A stretch of DNA of 64,000 nucleotides from Candidatus Yanofskybacteria bacterium RIFCSPHIGHO2_01_FULL_44_24 (GCA_001794215.1 MGJK01000002.1:3310-67309), one strand, 5' to 3'. Counted from the stretch's first letter, positions 12,649 to 23,548 are shown. The notes: generated by a model not told the origin, from the letters alone. A program made the numbers and translations.

Positions 12649-13155
12649 TTATCTCCAGTTAAACAAATGAGATTCGACGGTTATAACTTTAGTATCCTTA
12701 CGTTCAGGCCACGAAACTTGGCTTAAAATTTTAATTTCACAATTGCAAGTTCCGACCCTCGATATGCTTATTTTTCGCGTAAAAAGAGAATTACTTCCGG
12801 TTGAGTAGTTATACAGTCCGGTCGTCGAATCTAATTTCAACGGCGGATTTGACCCCAAGGGTATCGGGGCGGCCGAGTCCCACTGGACTACCCAATCGCA
12901 TATTGACTGTCCGCAATCGGCAAGATTTGCGTCAAATAACAAGCCGTTAAACCAGTTGGCATCCCTGATTGATCGGACGACTTCGATCCCTTCGCGGGCT
13001 AAGTTAGAAGCGATCAGATCGTTTTTGATGATACTTGCCAAGTTGTTGGTCACGGTGATCGACATAAAAATCGGAACTAATCCCAAAATCAAAATAAATA
13101 TCGAGATAATTGCTTCAATCAGGGTCATCCCTTTGTTCTTTGGGGTCGTCTTCAT
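12649..13155 (-). CDS. minor pilin / pseudopilin
   Basis: KGMTLIEAIISIFIL prepilin signal. Confidence 0.7.
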   Translation of the reverse strand: MKTTPKNKGMTLIEAIISIFILILGLVPIFMSITVTNNLASIIKNDLIASNLAREGIEVVRSIRDANWFNGLLFDANLADCGQSICDWVVQWDSAAPIPLGSNPPLKLDSTTGLYNYSTGSNSLFTRKISISRVGTCNCEIKILSQVSWPERKDTKVITVESHLFNWR

Positions 13156-13156
13156 T

Positions 13157-13753
13157 TTATGGACAAGATCCGGTTTTGGTTATTTCAACCCTTCCCGAAA
13201 TGTATACGCATATTTTTATGCAGTTTTTGTTGCCGGTATTGCATTGCTGCTTGGTAACGCCGATTTTTCTAATAACAACTTCTTCGGGCTGGGATTGGGT
13301 CTGGGTGTTGCCGATATAGGTTTGGGGGTCCGGCGGTTCATAGTATATGTCCTTAAATCTCGGATTCGTTTCAAATTCTAAGCGCGAATCGAGCACCACC
13401 GTTTTAAATGTCGGGGTGTCCTGGCTGGTCTGCCAGGCTCTCGAACTGCAGTTGGCCGTTGAGGCGGGTCCGGCGTAAATAATATACGTTTGACTGCTGG
13501 ATTGATCCTGGTGGACACCGTATCCGCAGCGGCTGACCGGCTGAGAGTCCAATGGTCCCTGATATTTACGGGCTGATATCGCGTAAGCCTGGGTATTTCT
13601 AAGATCTGACAACACGACGTTTGCGACTCTTTCTATGTTGAGCTGCGTCGTAAAATTTCTGATAAGGGTGATCGTAAGAAAAGAGGTGATGGTGATTACG
13701 ACTAAAAGGTCGACGAGGCTGAATCCGGCCGGCTTTTTAAAAAAAATTAACAT
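13157..13753 (-). CDS. minor pilin / pseudopilin
   Basis: AGFSLVDLLVVITI prepilin signal. Confidence 0.7.
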   Translation of the reverse strand: MLIFFKKPAGFSLVDLLVVITITSFLTITLIRNFTTQLNIERVANVVLSDLRNTQAYAISARKYQGPLDSQPVSRCGYGVHQDQSSSQTYIIYAGPASTANCSSRAWQTSQDTPTFKTVVLDSRLEFETNPRFKDIYYEPPDPQTYIGNTQTQSQPEEVVIRKIGVTKQQCNTGNKNCIKICVYISGRVEITKTGSCP

Positions 13754-13762
13754 ATCCGGATT

Positions 13763-14254
13763 TTATTCTTGGTTAATCTCGATAATATCGCCGACCTGTA
13801 CTTTTATCTTGTTCAGATCTTCGGAATTAATTCTGCCGCGGTTGAGATAAAAGGCCAGGTTTTTGGGTAAGGCGGAGCCATAACCGTTTATTTCGGCTAT
13901 TTCGGTTGTATTATCAGGACGGATATAGTATCGAATATGGATTTGTCCGGCTGCGGCAGAAGCAATCAGGGCATCCAATACGGTCATGTTCTCGGTTACC
14001 TCTCCCTGAAACATTCTGGGTCCGTTTTCTATGGATATTATGAGCGTTGCGGTACCGGCCGATTTAAGATCGGGATAGGCGGTTATTGACCAGATAATAA
14101 ATACGGCCGAAATAGAGAGAGTTAAAATCAAAAGAAACCAAACCAGAGGAGCTTCAGTTCCCCTGAGAATTTTGGACAGCCTAAACTCTATAAGTTTTCG
14201 CAAATTTAAAAATTTAGAAGAATAAGTTGATAAACTGAATTTTTTGTATTTCAT
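13763..14254 (-). CDS. hypothetical membrane protein in pilus operon
   Basis: 163-aa ORF with one TM helix, overlapping the pilD stop. No family recognised. Confidence 0.4.
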   Translation of the reverse strand: MKYKKFSLSTYSSKFLNLRKLIEFRLSKILRGTEAPLVWFLLILTLSISAVFIIWSITAYPDLKSAGTATLIISIENGPRMFQGEVTENMTVLDALIASAAAGQIHIRYYIRPDNTTEIAEINGYGSALPKNLAFYLNRGRINSEDLNKIKVQVGDIIEINQE

Positions 14255-14978
14255 TCTGAAAGATAACGAATAGTATTGTTACTGCCGATAAGAATGATCC
14301 AAACGGCAAGGCGGTTTTTAGATCAGCTTTCTTCAGGGCCATCAGCAGGGTTCCGAACAATGCCGCAACCCAGACCGAAATTATTATTGCGAATAATCCG
14401 AACGGGTAGCCCAGAATCAGTCCGATCGCAAACGACAATTTAGCGTCTCCCAGGCCCATCCACTCCCCTTTCGAGATTATATATATCATAGCAAAAAAGG
14501 TTCCGAAGATAAAAGCAGAAATAAGGCCATTGTAAAAATGAGACCTTCCCGCAAATGATAAGAACAGGAAAGACGAGGCGACCATCAGGAGAGTAACCTT
14601 GTCGGGGATAATCAAATATAGAATGTCAAAAAAAACCAGCATCACCAGCAGCAGTAGGATAAAAAGGCTGTATAGAGATAGGGCGCCCAACCCAAGCCCG
14701 TTCATGAGGAAGTAGAGAGTTATAACGCAGGCGGTGGTCAGTTCCACGATAGGGTATATGGCCGATAACTTTTTCTTGCAGTACCGGCATCGGCCTTTGA
14801 TTTGCAGATAGCTGAACAAGGGAAAAAGATCATACCACTTGAGCCGGGCAAGGCATTTGGTGCATTTGGATCTTCCCAGGAATATTCCACCTTCCCGATC
14901 CAGGCGGAATAAGACGACGTTTATAAAACTTCCGATAACTAAACCCAAAACAAAAGTAAAAACATAGAAGATAGCCAT
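14214..14978 (-). CDS. pilD: prepilin peptidase (A24 family)
   Basis: Polytopic membrane protein with the N-terminal Cys tetrad (CTKC…CRYC) and the Asp-containing block GLGDAKL typical of PilD. Confidence 0.85.
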   Translation of the reverse strand: MAIFYVFTFVLGLVIGSFINVVLFRLDREGGIFLGRSKCTKCLARLKWYDLFPLFSYLQIKGRCRYCKKKLSAIYPIVELTTACVITLYFLMNGLGLGALSLYSLFILLLLVMLVFFDILYLIIPDKVTLLMVASSFLFLSFAGRSHFYNGLISAFIFGTFFAMIYIISKGEWMGLGDAKLSFAIGLILGYPFGLFAIIISVWVAALFGTLLMALKKADLKTALPFGSFLSAVTILFVIFQNEIQKIQFINLFF

Positions 14979-15048
14979 GAGGATATATTAATACAATATG
15001 GCCCTAAACAAAACTCCCCATTCCGGGGAGTTTTGTTTAGTAAAGAGA

Positions 15049-15618
15049 TTAGTTCTGTCCGGTATCGTATACGCAATCTATAGCCGTACCCGATGCGCAA
15101 GTCTCCACACCTCCGTCTTGGTTGTCTGTCGGGTTTCCGATCCAAGCGCCTCCAGCTCCGGCACCACCAGTGGTTGAATTGAGATCAGCATCTGCGGCAA
15201 AGGCGGGAGCGTTTCTTCTCTCAAGTTCAGTCCAAAGATGAAACCTTCGGGGGCTGGCAGGATCCCAGGTATAGCGGTAACCTGCTCCATTCAAAGGATC
15301 GACTGGCAAGTTTGGAGATGAAAGATAGGGACCAAGGTTTCCATTGTTACCGCCAGTACAGTTACCGGTAGCGCCGACATTACACAGCGGTCCGATCGGA
15401 TAGATACCGGCGTTGTCATCAAAGAACAACTCAACAGCCGTTCTCAGCTGGCTTACGTCGGCGATACGCTTGGCGTCTCTTGCCTTTGCTCGGGCAGTAC
15501 CCAACTGCAAAAGGACTAAAGTAGCCAAGACTCCGATTATGGCTATAACGACTAGCAACTCGACCAAGGTGAAACCCTTAGAAAGGTTTGCATTCCTATA
15601 CTTTTTTAGAATCGACAC
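15049..15618 (-). CDS. pilA: type IV major pilin
   Basis: [19 protein letters not shown] canonical type IVa prepilin leader plus hydrophobic helix. A C-terminal Cys pair is present. Confidence 0.85.
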   Translation of the reverse strand: MSILKKYRNANLSKGFTLVELLVVIAIIGVLATLVLLQLGTARAKARDAKRIADVSQLRTAVELFFDDNAGIYPIGPLCNVGATGNCTGGNNGNLGPYLSSPNLPVDPLNGAGYRYTWDPASPRRFHLWTELERRNAPAFAADADLNSTTGGAGAGGAWIGNPTDNQDGGVETCASGTAIDCVYDTGQN

Positions 15619-15770
15619 TTTTTTGAGCTCCTAACGGCTGTGCCGGTAATCGGTAGATGCTACCAAGAGCCAATCACCGCCCTCAGGGCTTGTTTAAACC
15701 GAATTTTTAACCTAAATACATTATAGTCTTATCGGCGGATACCGCAAAACCAAGATATCCACACGACCGA

Positions 15771-16982
15771 TCAGCCGAAGCCGACTATGTTGTATATCGG
15801 AAGCAGGATGCTGGATACGAGGATAGCGACTCCGAAGCCCAACAGGAGCACCAAGATAGGTTCTATCAGCTGGGAAATGTTTTGAATTGAGTCCTCCGAT
15901 TCCGATTTATAAAACTTGGCGATATGTTCGAGTATGTAATCCAATTTTCCCGTGCGTTCACCCACTGACATCATCGAAGCGAATAAAGAAGGTATTTCTT
16001 TGGGATGCTTAGATATCGCGTCGGATATGTTTCCTCCGCTTCTGACATTTTCGGAGGCCTGGGCGATGATGTCGCGGTAAATAACGTTTCCGACAAGATC
16101 CCCGGTCAGTTTAAGCGAGTCGAGTATCGGGATTCCGGACTTGATAAGCGTAGACAAGCTCTCGGCGATTCGGGCAAGGTAGAGGTTGCGGGCTACCGAT
16201 CCAAGGCTCGGAATGCTTATTTTGAGTTTATCGAGGTAGTTGCGGCCAGCTTCAGTTTTAATATATGAGTATCCGAAGAACCCGGCTCCCACGATAAATA
16301 TGGCAAAGGGTATTTTGTATTTATTGACGTTGTCGGTTACGAATATGAGAATTCTTGTAGTCAACGGCAGTTCTACGGCTCCAAACTCTTCAAAGATAGA
16401 AAGAAGGTTCGGCAACACGTAGACAGTCATTATTATTGCCACTAAAACAAGAGAAAAAAGTACGAAGGCCGGATATGCCAATGCGCCTTTTATTTTTGAG
16501 TTTATTCCCTGAGTTCTCTCAAGATAGTTGGCTAAGTAAAGAAGCGACTGGTGAAGACGGCCGGACACCTCGCCCGACTGGACGAGCATAATATAAAAGC
16601 CGGAGAATAGCTGAGGGTAAAGAGACAGGGCGATAGATAGGGATGAGCCTCCCTCGATAGCTTCAGATACATCGGTGATGACTTTCTTAAAAGAAGTCTT
16701 TTCTTCCTGGGCGGCTAAAGTTCTTAGGCTCTCGTTCAAAGGAACGTCCGCATCAATTAAAACCGACAGCTGGCGCGTAAAAGCGACTATGTCTTTATTT
16801 TTGGGTCTCTGAAGATACTTGCCGATATCAAGATTCAGCCCGCCTTTTTCTACGGGATGGATAGAGACAATGACGTAATCTTTGCCATGAAGCACGTCCA
16901 CGGCGACGTTTTCATTGGGGGCATTGATCGTTCCTTCGATAATTTCTCCCGTTCTGATTTTGGCTTTATATTGAAAAAGCAA
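15771..16982 (-). CDS. pilC: type IV pilus assembly platform protein PilC (GspF family)
   Basis: 403 aa with two repeated GspF-type cytoplasmic domains and 3 TM segments. Lies between pilT and pilA. Confidence 0.85.
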   Translation of the reverse strand: MLFQYKAKIRTGEIIEGTINAPNENVAVDVLHGKDYVIVSIHPVEKGGLNLDIGKYLQRPKNKDIVAFTRQLSVLIDADVPLNESLRTLAAQEEKTSFKKVITDVSEAIEGGSSLSIALSLYPQLFSGFYIMLVQSGEVSGRLHQSLLYLANYLERTQGINSKIKGALAYPAFVLFSLVLVAIIMTVYVLPNLLSIFEEFGAVELPLTTRILIFVTDNVNKYKIPFAIFIVGAGFFGYSYIKTEAGRNYLDKLKISIPSLGSVARNLYLARIAESLSTLIKSGIPILDSLKLTGDLVGNVIYRDIIAQASENVRSGGNISDAISKHPKEIPSLFASMMSVGERTGKLDYILEHIAKFYKSESEDSIQNISQLIEPILVLLLGFGVAILVSSILLPIYNIVGFG

Positions 16983-17034
16983 GAGAATTAGAAAAAGTTA
17001 AAATAAAAATTCAAGGTTAAATTGGAGCTCAAAA

Positions 17035-18102
17035 CTATCGGGCTAATTCCTTAAGCTCGGCCGGGTTAAGGGAATAGAATTCGGCCCGTTCCATATCTAT
17101 CACCTTCTTTCTCACCAAGTCGGCCAAGGATCTGTTGAGAGAAATCATACCGACGTCCTGGCTGGTTTCTATGACTAAGTCGAGCTGGCGAGGCCGGTTG
17201 TCCCTGATCAGCGTCCGGACTGCCGGATTTGCTATCATGACTTCAACCGCCGGAGCAAGGCCGCCTTTTATAGCCGGAACAAGCCTTTGGGATATTATTC
17301 CCGAGATGGTGCTGGCAAGCTGGTTTCTTATCTGCGGCTGTTGATTGGGCGGAAAGCTGTCGATGATCCTTTCTATTGTTTGGGGAGCGCTGTTGGTGTG
17401 CAGAGAGGCGAAAACCAAGTGACCGGTCTCGGCGGCAGTTACGGCGGCGCTCATTGTTTCATAGTCCCTCATTTCGCCGACCATCACTACATTTACATTT
17501 TGTCTAAAGGCAGAACGCAGGGCTTTATGAAAAGAAAATGTATCCTGATAGACTTCTCTCTGGTCAATAACGCTTTTTTCCGGTACAAACATATATTCTA
17601 TGGGGTCTTCAATGGTCAGTATCTTTTCTGCCCGTTCTTTATTGATTAGGTCGATAATAGCCGCCAAGGTTGTCGATTTTCCATGTCCGTTCGGCCCCAC
17701 GACCATTACAAAGCCTTGCGATAATTTCGAGAATACTTTTATAATCTGCGGCAGTCCGAGTTCTTCGATGGTTTTAATGCTGTCGGGAATAAGCCTGAGG
17801 GTGGCGGCTACCCTTCCCCGGGTATAGTAAGCGTTGACCCTGAATCTTGTTCCCTGAGCCGATTCATAAGAAAAGTCCATCTCTTTTTCGGACAGAAATC
17901 TTGACCGCCTTTCTTCTCCCAGCAGTACCGCCACCAATCCCCCGAGGGTTTCGTAGTCCAGGATTTTTTTACTGGACAACGGTATAAGGTGGCCGTCTAT
18001 CCGCATAATCGGGTAGTTTCCGGGGGATAAATGCAAGTCGGAAGCCCCGTTTTGGGCTGTTGCCACCAGTAACTCCTCCATGTATTGCTTGTAGTCGGCC
18101 AT
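17035..18102 (-). CDS. pilT: twitching-motility retraction ATPase PilT
   Basis: Walker A GPNGHGKST, Asp box, Walker B VMVGEMRD and the AIRNLIRE-like motif of PilT (AVRTLIRDN). Confidence 0.85.
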   Translation of the reverse strand: MADYKQYMEELLVATAQNGASDLHLSPGNYPIMRIDGHLIPLSSKKILDYETLGGLVAVLLGEERRSRFLSEKEMDFSYESAQGTRFRVNAYYTRGRVAATLRLIPDSIKTIEELGLPQIIKVFSKLSQGFVMVVGPNGHGKSTTLAAIIDLINKERAEKILTIEDPIEYMFVPEKSVIDQREVYQDTFSFHKALRSAFRQNVNVVMVGEMRDYETMSAAVTAAETGHLVFASLHTNSAPQTIERIIDSFPPNQQPQIRNQLASTISGIISQRLVPAIKGGLAPAVEVMIANPAVRTLIRDNRPRQLDLVIETSQDVGMISLNRSLADLVRKKVIDMERAEFYSLNPAELKELAR

Positions 18103-18223
18103 GTCGTTTCGCTAAGTTAAAAGCTGAAAAGTCAAAGTTAAAAATTATAGAATTTCAAAATTCTGTTGATCAAATTTTGAAAAACTTAATCTTTCATTTT
18201 GTCTTCGTCTTTTGACTATTAAA

Positions 18224-19975
18224 CTAACTGGTTTCTTCTTCCTGAGCCACCTCAAGAAGCTCTTCTAATGATACTACACCCTTTAGGACCTTTAAAATTC
18301 CATCCTGGAACATTGTAATCATTCCTTGCTTTTTAGCTTCTTCGCGCATCGCTGATTCTGAAATGACGGTCAGTATTATCTTCTCAAGCTCGGTTGTCAT
18401 CTCAAGCATCTCGAAGATGGCGATACGGCCGCGGAACGCTTTTCCGCCGCACAGCTTGCACGGATTCTCAAGGTTGGGCTTGGATATCTCATACCCGCTC
18501 TTAGATAGCATATTTTTTCTGTATTGTTCCGGCATTCCTGCAAGGGCGGCGTTGATGATATTCTCCTCGGCATTATTAGCTTTGATTTTGAGCTTGCAGT
18601 CGGAACATAACCGTCTTAAAAGCCTTTGTGCGACCGCCACGTTAAGAGTCGGCGGTATAAGATATTTTTCCACTCCCATGTCAACCAACCGCGGGATTAC
18701 GCCCAGGGCGTCGTTGGTGTGCAGAGTGGATAAAACTATATGGCCGGTTAAAGCCGCCTGGGTAGCTAAGGCAGCCGTTTCCTTGTCTCGGATTTCTCCG
18801 ACCATTATTACATCGGGGTCCTGACGGAGAATGTGCCTTAAGCCGGATGCGAAGGTATAGCCTATTTCTTCATGAATTTGGGACTGATTTACTCCGTCAA
18901 CGAAGTATTCTATCGGATCTTCAAGGGTTACGATGTTAATGTCCTCGTTGTTCATTTTTTTGAGTATACCGGCTAAAGTCGTTGATTTTCCCGAACCGGT
19001 CGGACCGGTTATAAGGATGCTGCCGAACGGTCTATTCATCGCTCTTTCCAAAACCTCCGCTGATCTTCCCTCAACTCCAAGATCGGGCAAGTCAATTTTG
19101 TTGGTCAGGGGATCAAGAATACGCATAACGACCTTCTCTCCATTCTTGGTAGGGAAGGTAGATACGCGAAAATCTATTTTCCTTCGCTTCAGTATCGTCG
19201 AGAATCTTCCGTCCTGGGCAAGCCTGGTCTCGTCTATTTTTAAATTGGATAAAACCTTAATTCTGGTTAAAACGGCGGAATGGATGTTTCTGGGCAGAAC
19301 TAAAGATGAAACCAGAACTCCGTCTATTCTGAATCTGACCCTGACCTTATCCTCAAAAGGCTCAATGTGGATATCTGATGCCCGTGACTCAACGGCGTAC
19401 TTTACCACCGAGGCAACTATTTTAGTAATGGCGCCCTCGGAAGTTATCTGTTCTATTGTTTTCGGGGTGATTTTTTCCTGTTCTTCCAATTCTTCCGACA
19501 GGGATTCAAGCACCTTTCCGACCTCGCCGGTCAAAGAACCGTAGTTGCGGACGATATTTTCGAAATCCTTATTGCTTACGATGTACCGTTCAAGGGTCAA
19601 ACCCCGGTCTTCCGCGATAAACTTAAGGGCCTCAAGGGCGTCAACGTCTTCCGGGTTGACTATTCCGACCCTGAGGACATTCCCCTCTTTTGCGAAGGGC
19701 ACTATTCTGTAGAAGTTAACGACGTCTTCCGATATTTCTTTCAGGGCTTCTTTATCGATGTCTATTCCTTCGAGGCTCATCAAGGGAAGATGATAAAGCC
19801 TGCTCCTGATATTGAGCAAGTCGGTGGCAGATATCATGTTCTTGTCGATCAGTACTTGTCCGAAATCCTTGTCTTCCTCTTTTGCTGTCTGCTCTAAAAC
19901 ATCAACGTCTTCGGCGCTGATAATCTTTAATTTCAGAAGCTCCTGTATCAGGGTAGATGGAATTTTGATGGGCAT
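18224..19975 (-). CDS. pilB: type IV pilus assembly ATPase PilB (GspE family)
   Basis: N-terminal GspII domain, Walker A GPTGSGKST, Walker B IMVGEIRD, and a C-terminal tetracysteine (CSDCK…C…CGG). Confidence 0.9.
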   Translation of the reverse strand: MPIKIPSTLIQELLKLKIISAEDVDVLEQTAKEEDKDFGQVLIDKNMISATDLLNIRSRLYHLPLMSLEGIDIDKEALKEISEDVVNFYRIVPFAKEGNVLRVGIVNPEDVDALEALKFIAEDRGLTLERYIVSNKDFENIVRNYGSLTGEVGKVLESLSEELEEQEKITPKTIEQITSEGAITKIVASVVKYAVESRASDIHIEPFEDKVRVRFRIDGVLVSSLVLPRNIHSAVLTRIKVLSNLKIDETRLAQDGRFSTILKRRKIDFRVSTFPTKNGEKVVMRILDPLTNKIDLPDLGVEGRSAEVLERAMNRPFGSILITGPTGSGKSTTLAGILKKMNNEDINIVTLEDPIEYFVDGVNQSQIHEEIGYTFASGLRHILRQDPDVIMVGEIRDKETAALATQAALTGHIVLSTLHTNDALGVIPRLVDMGVEKYLIPPTLNVAVAQRLLRRLCSDCKLKIKANNAEENIINAALAGMPEQYRKNMLSKSGYEISKPNLENPCKLCGGKAFRGRIAIFEMLEMTTELEKIILTVISESAMREEAKKQGMITMFQDGILKVLKGVVSLEELLEVAQEEETS

Positions 19976-19976
19976 A

Positions 19977-20246
19977 TTATTCTATTGGGGCGAAAACATT
20001 TGTTTTTCCGGTGTTGCCCGGTTTAACCGGCGATTCTCCAAACTGAATCAGGGTTTTGTAGGTCTCATTTTCAAAAACAGAAAAATCCAAGTTTATATTG
20101 GCCGCGCTTTTAAGATCGTCCTTTTCTATGTCAATCGGCAAAGGTATCGGCGGGTCCGGTTCACCGGCGGCTTCAGTATAGTAAAAGTAACCGGCAACAA
20201 GGCCGAGGAGAATGATTATGATTAGTAATATTTTATTTTGTCCCAT
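19977..20246 (-). CDS. small membrane protein in pilus operon (possible PilP-like)
   Basis: 89 aa with one N-terminal TM segment. Tightly packed between pilO and pilB. Confidence 0.4.
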   Translation of the reverse strand: MGQNKILLIIIILLGLVAGYFYYTEAAGEPDPPIPLPIDIEKDDLKSAANINLDFSVFENETYKTLIQFGESPVKPGNTGKTNVFAPIE

Positions 20247-20257
20247 ATCTTTAAACG

Positions 20258-20860
20258 CTACTCCGTTATATTTGTTTTAATTTCTCTTTGAGTCTGGGCC
20301 TTAGCTTTTACGATCTCCTCGATGTTTTTGAGAAAGTAAGAAACGGCTTTAATCTGAAATGTTAGCAGCGAGCTATTCTTGGAGGCATCTTTTGGAGACA
20401 TGGAGATGCTAAGAAGATCGGTCAGGCGGACATTTTTTTCTATACTGCCGATGAAGTTAATCATCCCGTCGTAATCGGTTTCTGTTCCTAATTCCAGCGA
20501 CACCGTGTCATAGTTGTCAATCGAGGCGTTGGTGGCGGCTCCTATGTTGATATCCCCCAATTGTATCCCCGTCTGCGATGATATGTCTTGCAGGCTTGAA
20601 ATAATCTCTGGTATTTCCGGTTTTTTAGGAACCACCAGGTCCAAACGCTTAATATCGGAAGATCTTTCCTGGTATTGACCGTACATATTTTCTATTTTGG
20701 CAACCATTTGTTCTCGAGATGAAAGCAGAGCCTCTCTTTCGCTTATGATTTCCCGAAAAAGAGAGACGGAGTCATAGGTAGGCATAACCCACGCCCAGAA
20801 GGCGAAACATGCGGCTGAAATCAAGCCGGATATAAGCAGGTTTTTAGTTCCCTGATTCAT
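20258..20860 (-). CDS. pilO: type IV pilus assembly protein PilO-like
   Basis: Bitopic protein with an N-terminal TM segment and coiled coil. Position is after the pilN-like gene. Confidence 0.55.
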   Translation of the reverse strand: MNQGTKNLLISGLISAACFAFWAWVMPTYDSVSLFREIISEREALLSSREQMVAKIENMYGQYQERSSDIKRLDLVVPKKPEIPEIISSLQDISSQTGIQLGDINIGAATNASIDNYDTVSLELGTETDYDGMINFIGSIEKNVRLTDLLSISMSPKDASKNSSLLTFQIKAVSYFLKNIEEIVKAKAQTQREIKTNITE

Positions 20861-21413
20861 GGTTGGGTATTATTCTTGATTTATCAAAATCTATCTCTAC
20901 TCCAAATTCCAATTTTCCGTTAGTGCCTAAGGTTATTTTTCCTATAGTCAGCTTTTTTATAAAATCGTCGGAAAGAAAAGAGGCTATTTGGCGGGCAACG
21001 ACCATGTAATTAAGGGCTTCTACCTTCATACTGATTTTTCCCCGAGATATTTCCAAGGAAAAATTAGCCGCTCGAGCCTGTTTATTCAATAGGCTTGCTA
21101 TCTTATCGAAGGCCGTAGTTGCAAGAGCATGATTTTTAACAAGGGTAGAAATTGTTTTTAGCTGGATTTCAGCAATTCTTAGGTCTCTTTCCTGATTCTT
21201 GTCTCTTCGCTGTTCGTTATCGCCGAATCGCTGATTCAGGTCCGTAATCTTATTGTCGAGGCCCATCTTGTAAAAGGTCAAGCCCAAAGCCAAAACTACC
21301 ACAACCGAGAGTATGGCTATCCCGATATACAAAAACTTGTTTTCTCCCGGCCTTTTTAACTTAAGATCTTTCCTTGTTTCCGGAAGTAGTTGTATTCCTC
21401 CTATGTCGGGCAT
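20844..21413 (-). CDS. pilN: type IV pilus assembly protein PilN-like
   Basis: Bitopic with one TM segment, downstream of pilM with overlap. Confidence 0.55.
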   Translation of the reverse strand: MPDIGGIQLLPETRKDLKLKRPGENKFLYIGIAILSVVVVLALGLTFYKMGLDNKITDLNQRFGDNEQRRDKNQERDLRIAEIQLKTISTLVKNHALATTAFDKIASLLNKQARAANFSLEISRGKISMKVEALNYMVVARQIASFLSDDFIKKLTIGKITLGTNGKLEFGVEIDFDKSRIIPNHESGN

Positions 21414-21545
21414 TTATTTTCATCTAAATAGCCGTCTATATTATTGTAGCATTTATAAGGAGCAAGGTAATCAACAAGCAAGCCGTCGAAGGTTTTAACT
21501 TCGGCTCGAGAGTCTCGGCTTTGGGTCGGGTTAAGCAAATACCGG

Positions 21546-22655
21546 TTAAATTTCCCTCATGGCCAATCCTATAGCTACGGAAAGGGTGTTTCCTATGCTC
21601 GGTAAAACCGCAGACAGTTCTTGAGGATAGACTACCCTGGAGAAAGGGTTTCCCGCAACAATGTCTCTTCCCAATTTGCTTTTGAAGTATTCAAGGAAAT
21701 AAGGAATATTAGCCACCCCCCCGACCAAAAGAACCTTGGATAGAGTGAGATTCTTCGCTTCCTCGTAATTGGTCAGTGTCTTTCTGGTTTCAAAAGCCAT
21801 CATATCAATAAGCGATGCGACGGATTCGTTTATCACATTCTCGTCTCCCTCCTTCATTCCGAACTTCATTTTCAGTTCGTCGGCCTTTTCGAGGCTTATA
21901 CTCAGGGATCTGGCTATGGATTTAGTAATTTCAAATCCTCCTATCTCGTAATTATGGCTTATTCTCTCATAGCCCTTGTTCACTATTGTTATAGATGTGC
22001 TGCGGCCTCCTATGTTGACTATAGCTATCGGACTCAAGTCGTTTCCGATTAAGCCCCTTATCAGGGCGGCGTTTTCAAGCTCAAGCGCCCGGAGAGTTAA
22101 TCCGGCGCTTTTCATTATGTTTAGGTATTTTTGAGTTTCTTCTCGGGATACCGCGGCCAAGAATATTTCGACGGTGGACGGCTTCTGCTCTTTGACGATC
22201 CTGTCTTTGCCGGCAGTTATCTGGCCCGGATTAAGCACTTCAATAATTGACCAGTCCAAGACTACGTCCTTGATGGGAATCGGAATGTATTTCTTTGCCT
22301 CAAAGGCAATTGCCTTAGCAAGATCTTCTCCCGACAGGTATGGCATCTCGATTACAGTGCCGAAAGTGGAAACAGCCGGTATGGAGGCTACGGCATCCCG
22401 GGATTTCATATCTGCTTTTTTGATGATTTCCTGTATTCCCCATACTATTTCTTCGTCGGGCAATTTTAGGATGCCCCGGTCCCGAGCCATCTGGTTTTCG
22501 GCAGTACTGTCCGTTCTGACGTTTTTTAATTCAAAAATCCCGTAATTTAATAAGGTAAAACGGCCCCCATCTTTTTCAAGCTCCGCTATCTTTATCGAAG
22601 AAGTTCCGATGTCGATGCCAAGCTTGCTTTTTGCCCTGAAAGGGTTCAGACTCAT
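21546..22655 (-). CDS. pilM: type IV pilus assembly ATPase-like protein PilM (actin/HSP70 fold)
   Basis: LGIDIGTSSIKIAEL N-terminal phosphate-1 motif of actin-like ATPases. It is the first gene of the pilMNO block. Confidence 0.8.
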   Translation of the reverse strand: MSLNPFRAKSKLGIDIGTSSIKIAELEKDGGRFTLLNYGIFELKNVRTDSTAENQMARDRGILKLPDEEIVWGIQEIIKKADMKSRDAVASIPAVSTFGTVIEMPYLSGEDLAKAIAFEAKKYIPIPIKDVVLDWSIIEVLNPGQITAGKDRIVKEQKPSTVEIFLAAVSREETQKYLNIMKSAGLTLRALELENAALIRGLIGNDLSPIAIVNIGGRSTSITIVNKGYERISHNYEIGGFEITKSIARSLSISLEKADELKMKFGMKEGDENVINESVASLIDMMAFETRKTLTNYEEAKNLTLSKVLLVGGVANIPYFLEYFKSKLGRDIVAGNPFSRVVYPQELSAVLPSIGNTLSVAIGLAMREI

Positions 22656-22693
22656 TGTGATAATTATACCATAAGTAAGTTTGACCCATAAAT

Positions 22694-23428
22694 ATGAATT
22701 TTGCCAAGTATTCCATGAAGTGGCTTTCCGATCTTATTTTTCCGGCTAAATGCGTCGGATGCGGTGAATTTCCCGGAGGTAAATTCCGGGGCTATTTGTG
22801 CGGGCGGTGTATGGCTTCGATTAAAATAAAAAACAGCTTCGAGTGCATCGGCTGCAAAAAGAGCGTTCCGCTGGGGAAAACTTGTTATTTCTGCCGAGAC
22901 GGCAACTCGATTGATCAATTGCTTGTTGCGGCGGACTATAAGGATTTCAAGGTCGAGGCGTTGCTGAAGGCGATAAAATATAGATTTATTAAAGATCTGA
23001 TTCTGCCAGCTTTTATTTTAGTCAAAAAATATCTGAAGCATTTTAACTTGAAAAAAGAAGCCGACCTTTTCCAAGGCAGACCGTTGGTCGTCCCTATCCC
23101 CCTTCATCGGGCTCGGTACAATTGGCGCGGATTTAACCAGTCTGAAATTCTTGCCGGACTTTTGGCTGATAATTTTCAGATGCATACGAGGTCGGATATT
23201 ATTGTAAGAATTAAGAAATCGAAACCTCAGGCCGAAATCGAGGATCGTGAAGAAAGAATGAAGAATGTCGAAAGTTTTTTTTGCGTTTTGAGACCCGAAG
23301 CGGTCAGGGGCAGGACGGTACTGTTAGTTGATGACATATGCACTACCGGTGCTACGCTGAATGAAGCGGCAAAAGTACTTAAGGCGTCGGGCGCTAAAAA
23401 AGTTGTTGGTTTAGTCGTTGCCAGGTAG
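22694..23428 (+). CDS. comF: ComF family competence protein (phosphoribosyltransferase domain)
   Basis: N-terminal Cys-x2-Cys pairs and a C-terminal PRTase motif VLLVDDICTTGATL. Confidence 0.8.
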   Translation: MNFAKYSMKWLSDLIFPAKCVGCGEFPGGKFRGYLCGRCMASIKIKNSFECIGCKKSVPLGKTCYFCRDGNSIDQLLVAADYKDFKVEALLKAIKYRFIKDLILPAFILVKKYLKHFNLKKEADLFQGRPLVVPIPLHRARYNWRGFNQSEILAGLLADNFQMHTRSDIIVRIKKSKPQAEIEDREERMKNVESFFCVLRPEAVRGRTVLLVDDICTTGATLNEAAKVLKASGAKKVVGLVVAR

Positions 23429-23514
23429 TAGAAGTTTCAGTTGCGGTTCTACCGCCAAGAATATACTGAAACTTTCACTACCTGGTTGCAAGGGGCTGAT
23501 TTTTGTGTTAAAAT

Positions 23515-23543
23515 TTGACATAACTTGTTGGTCTCTTGAACAT
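23515..23543 (+). promoter_or_regulatory. putative promoter of tRNA-Ser(GCT)
   Basis: Perfect -35 TTGACA at 23515-23520. A weak -10 (GAACAT/CATAGC) lies ~17 nt downstream, just before the tRNA 5' end. Confidence 0.35.
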
Positions 23544-23548
23544 AGCGC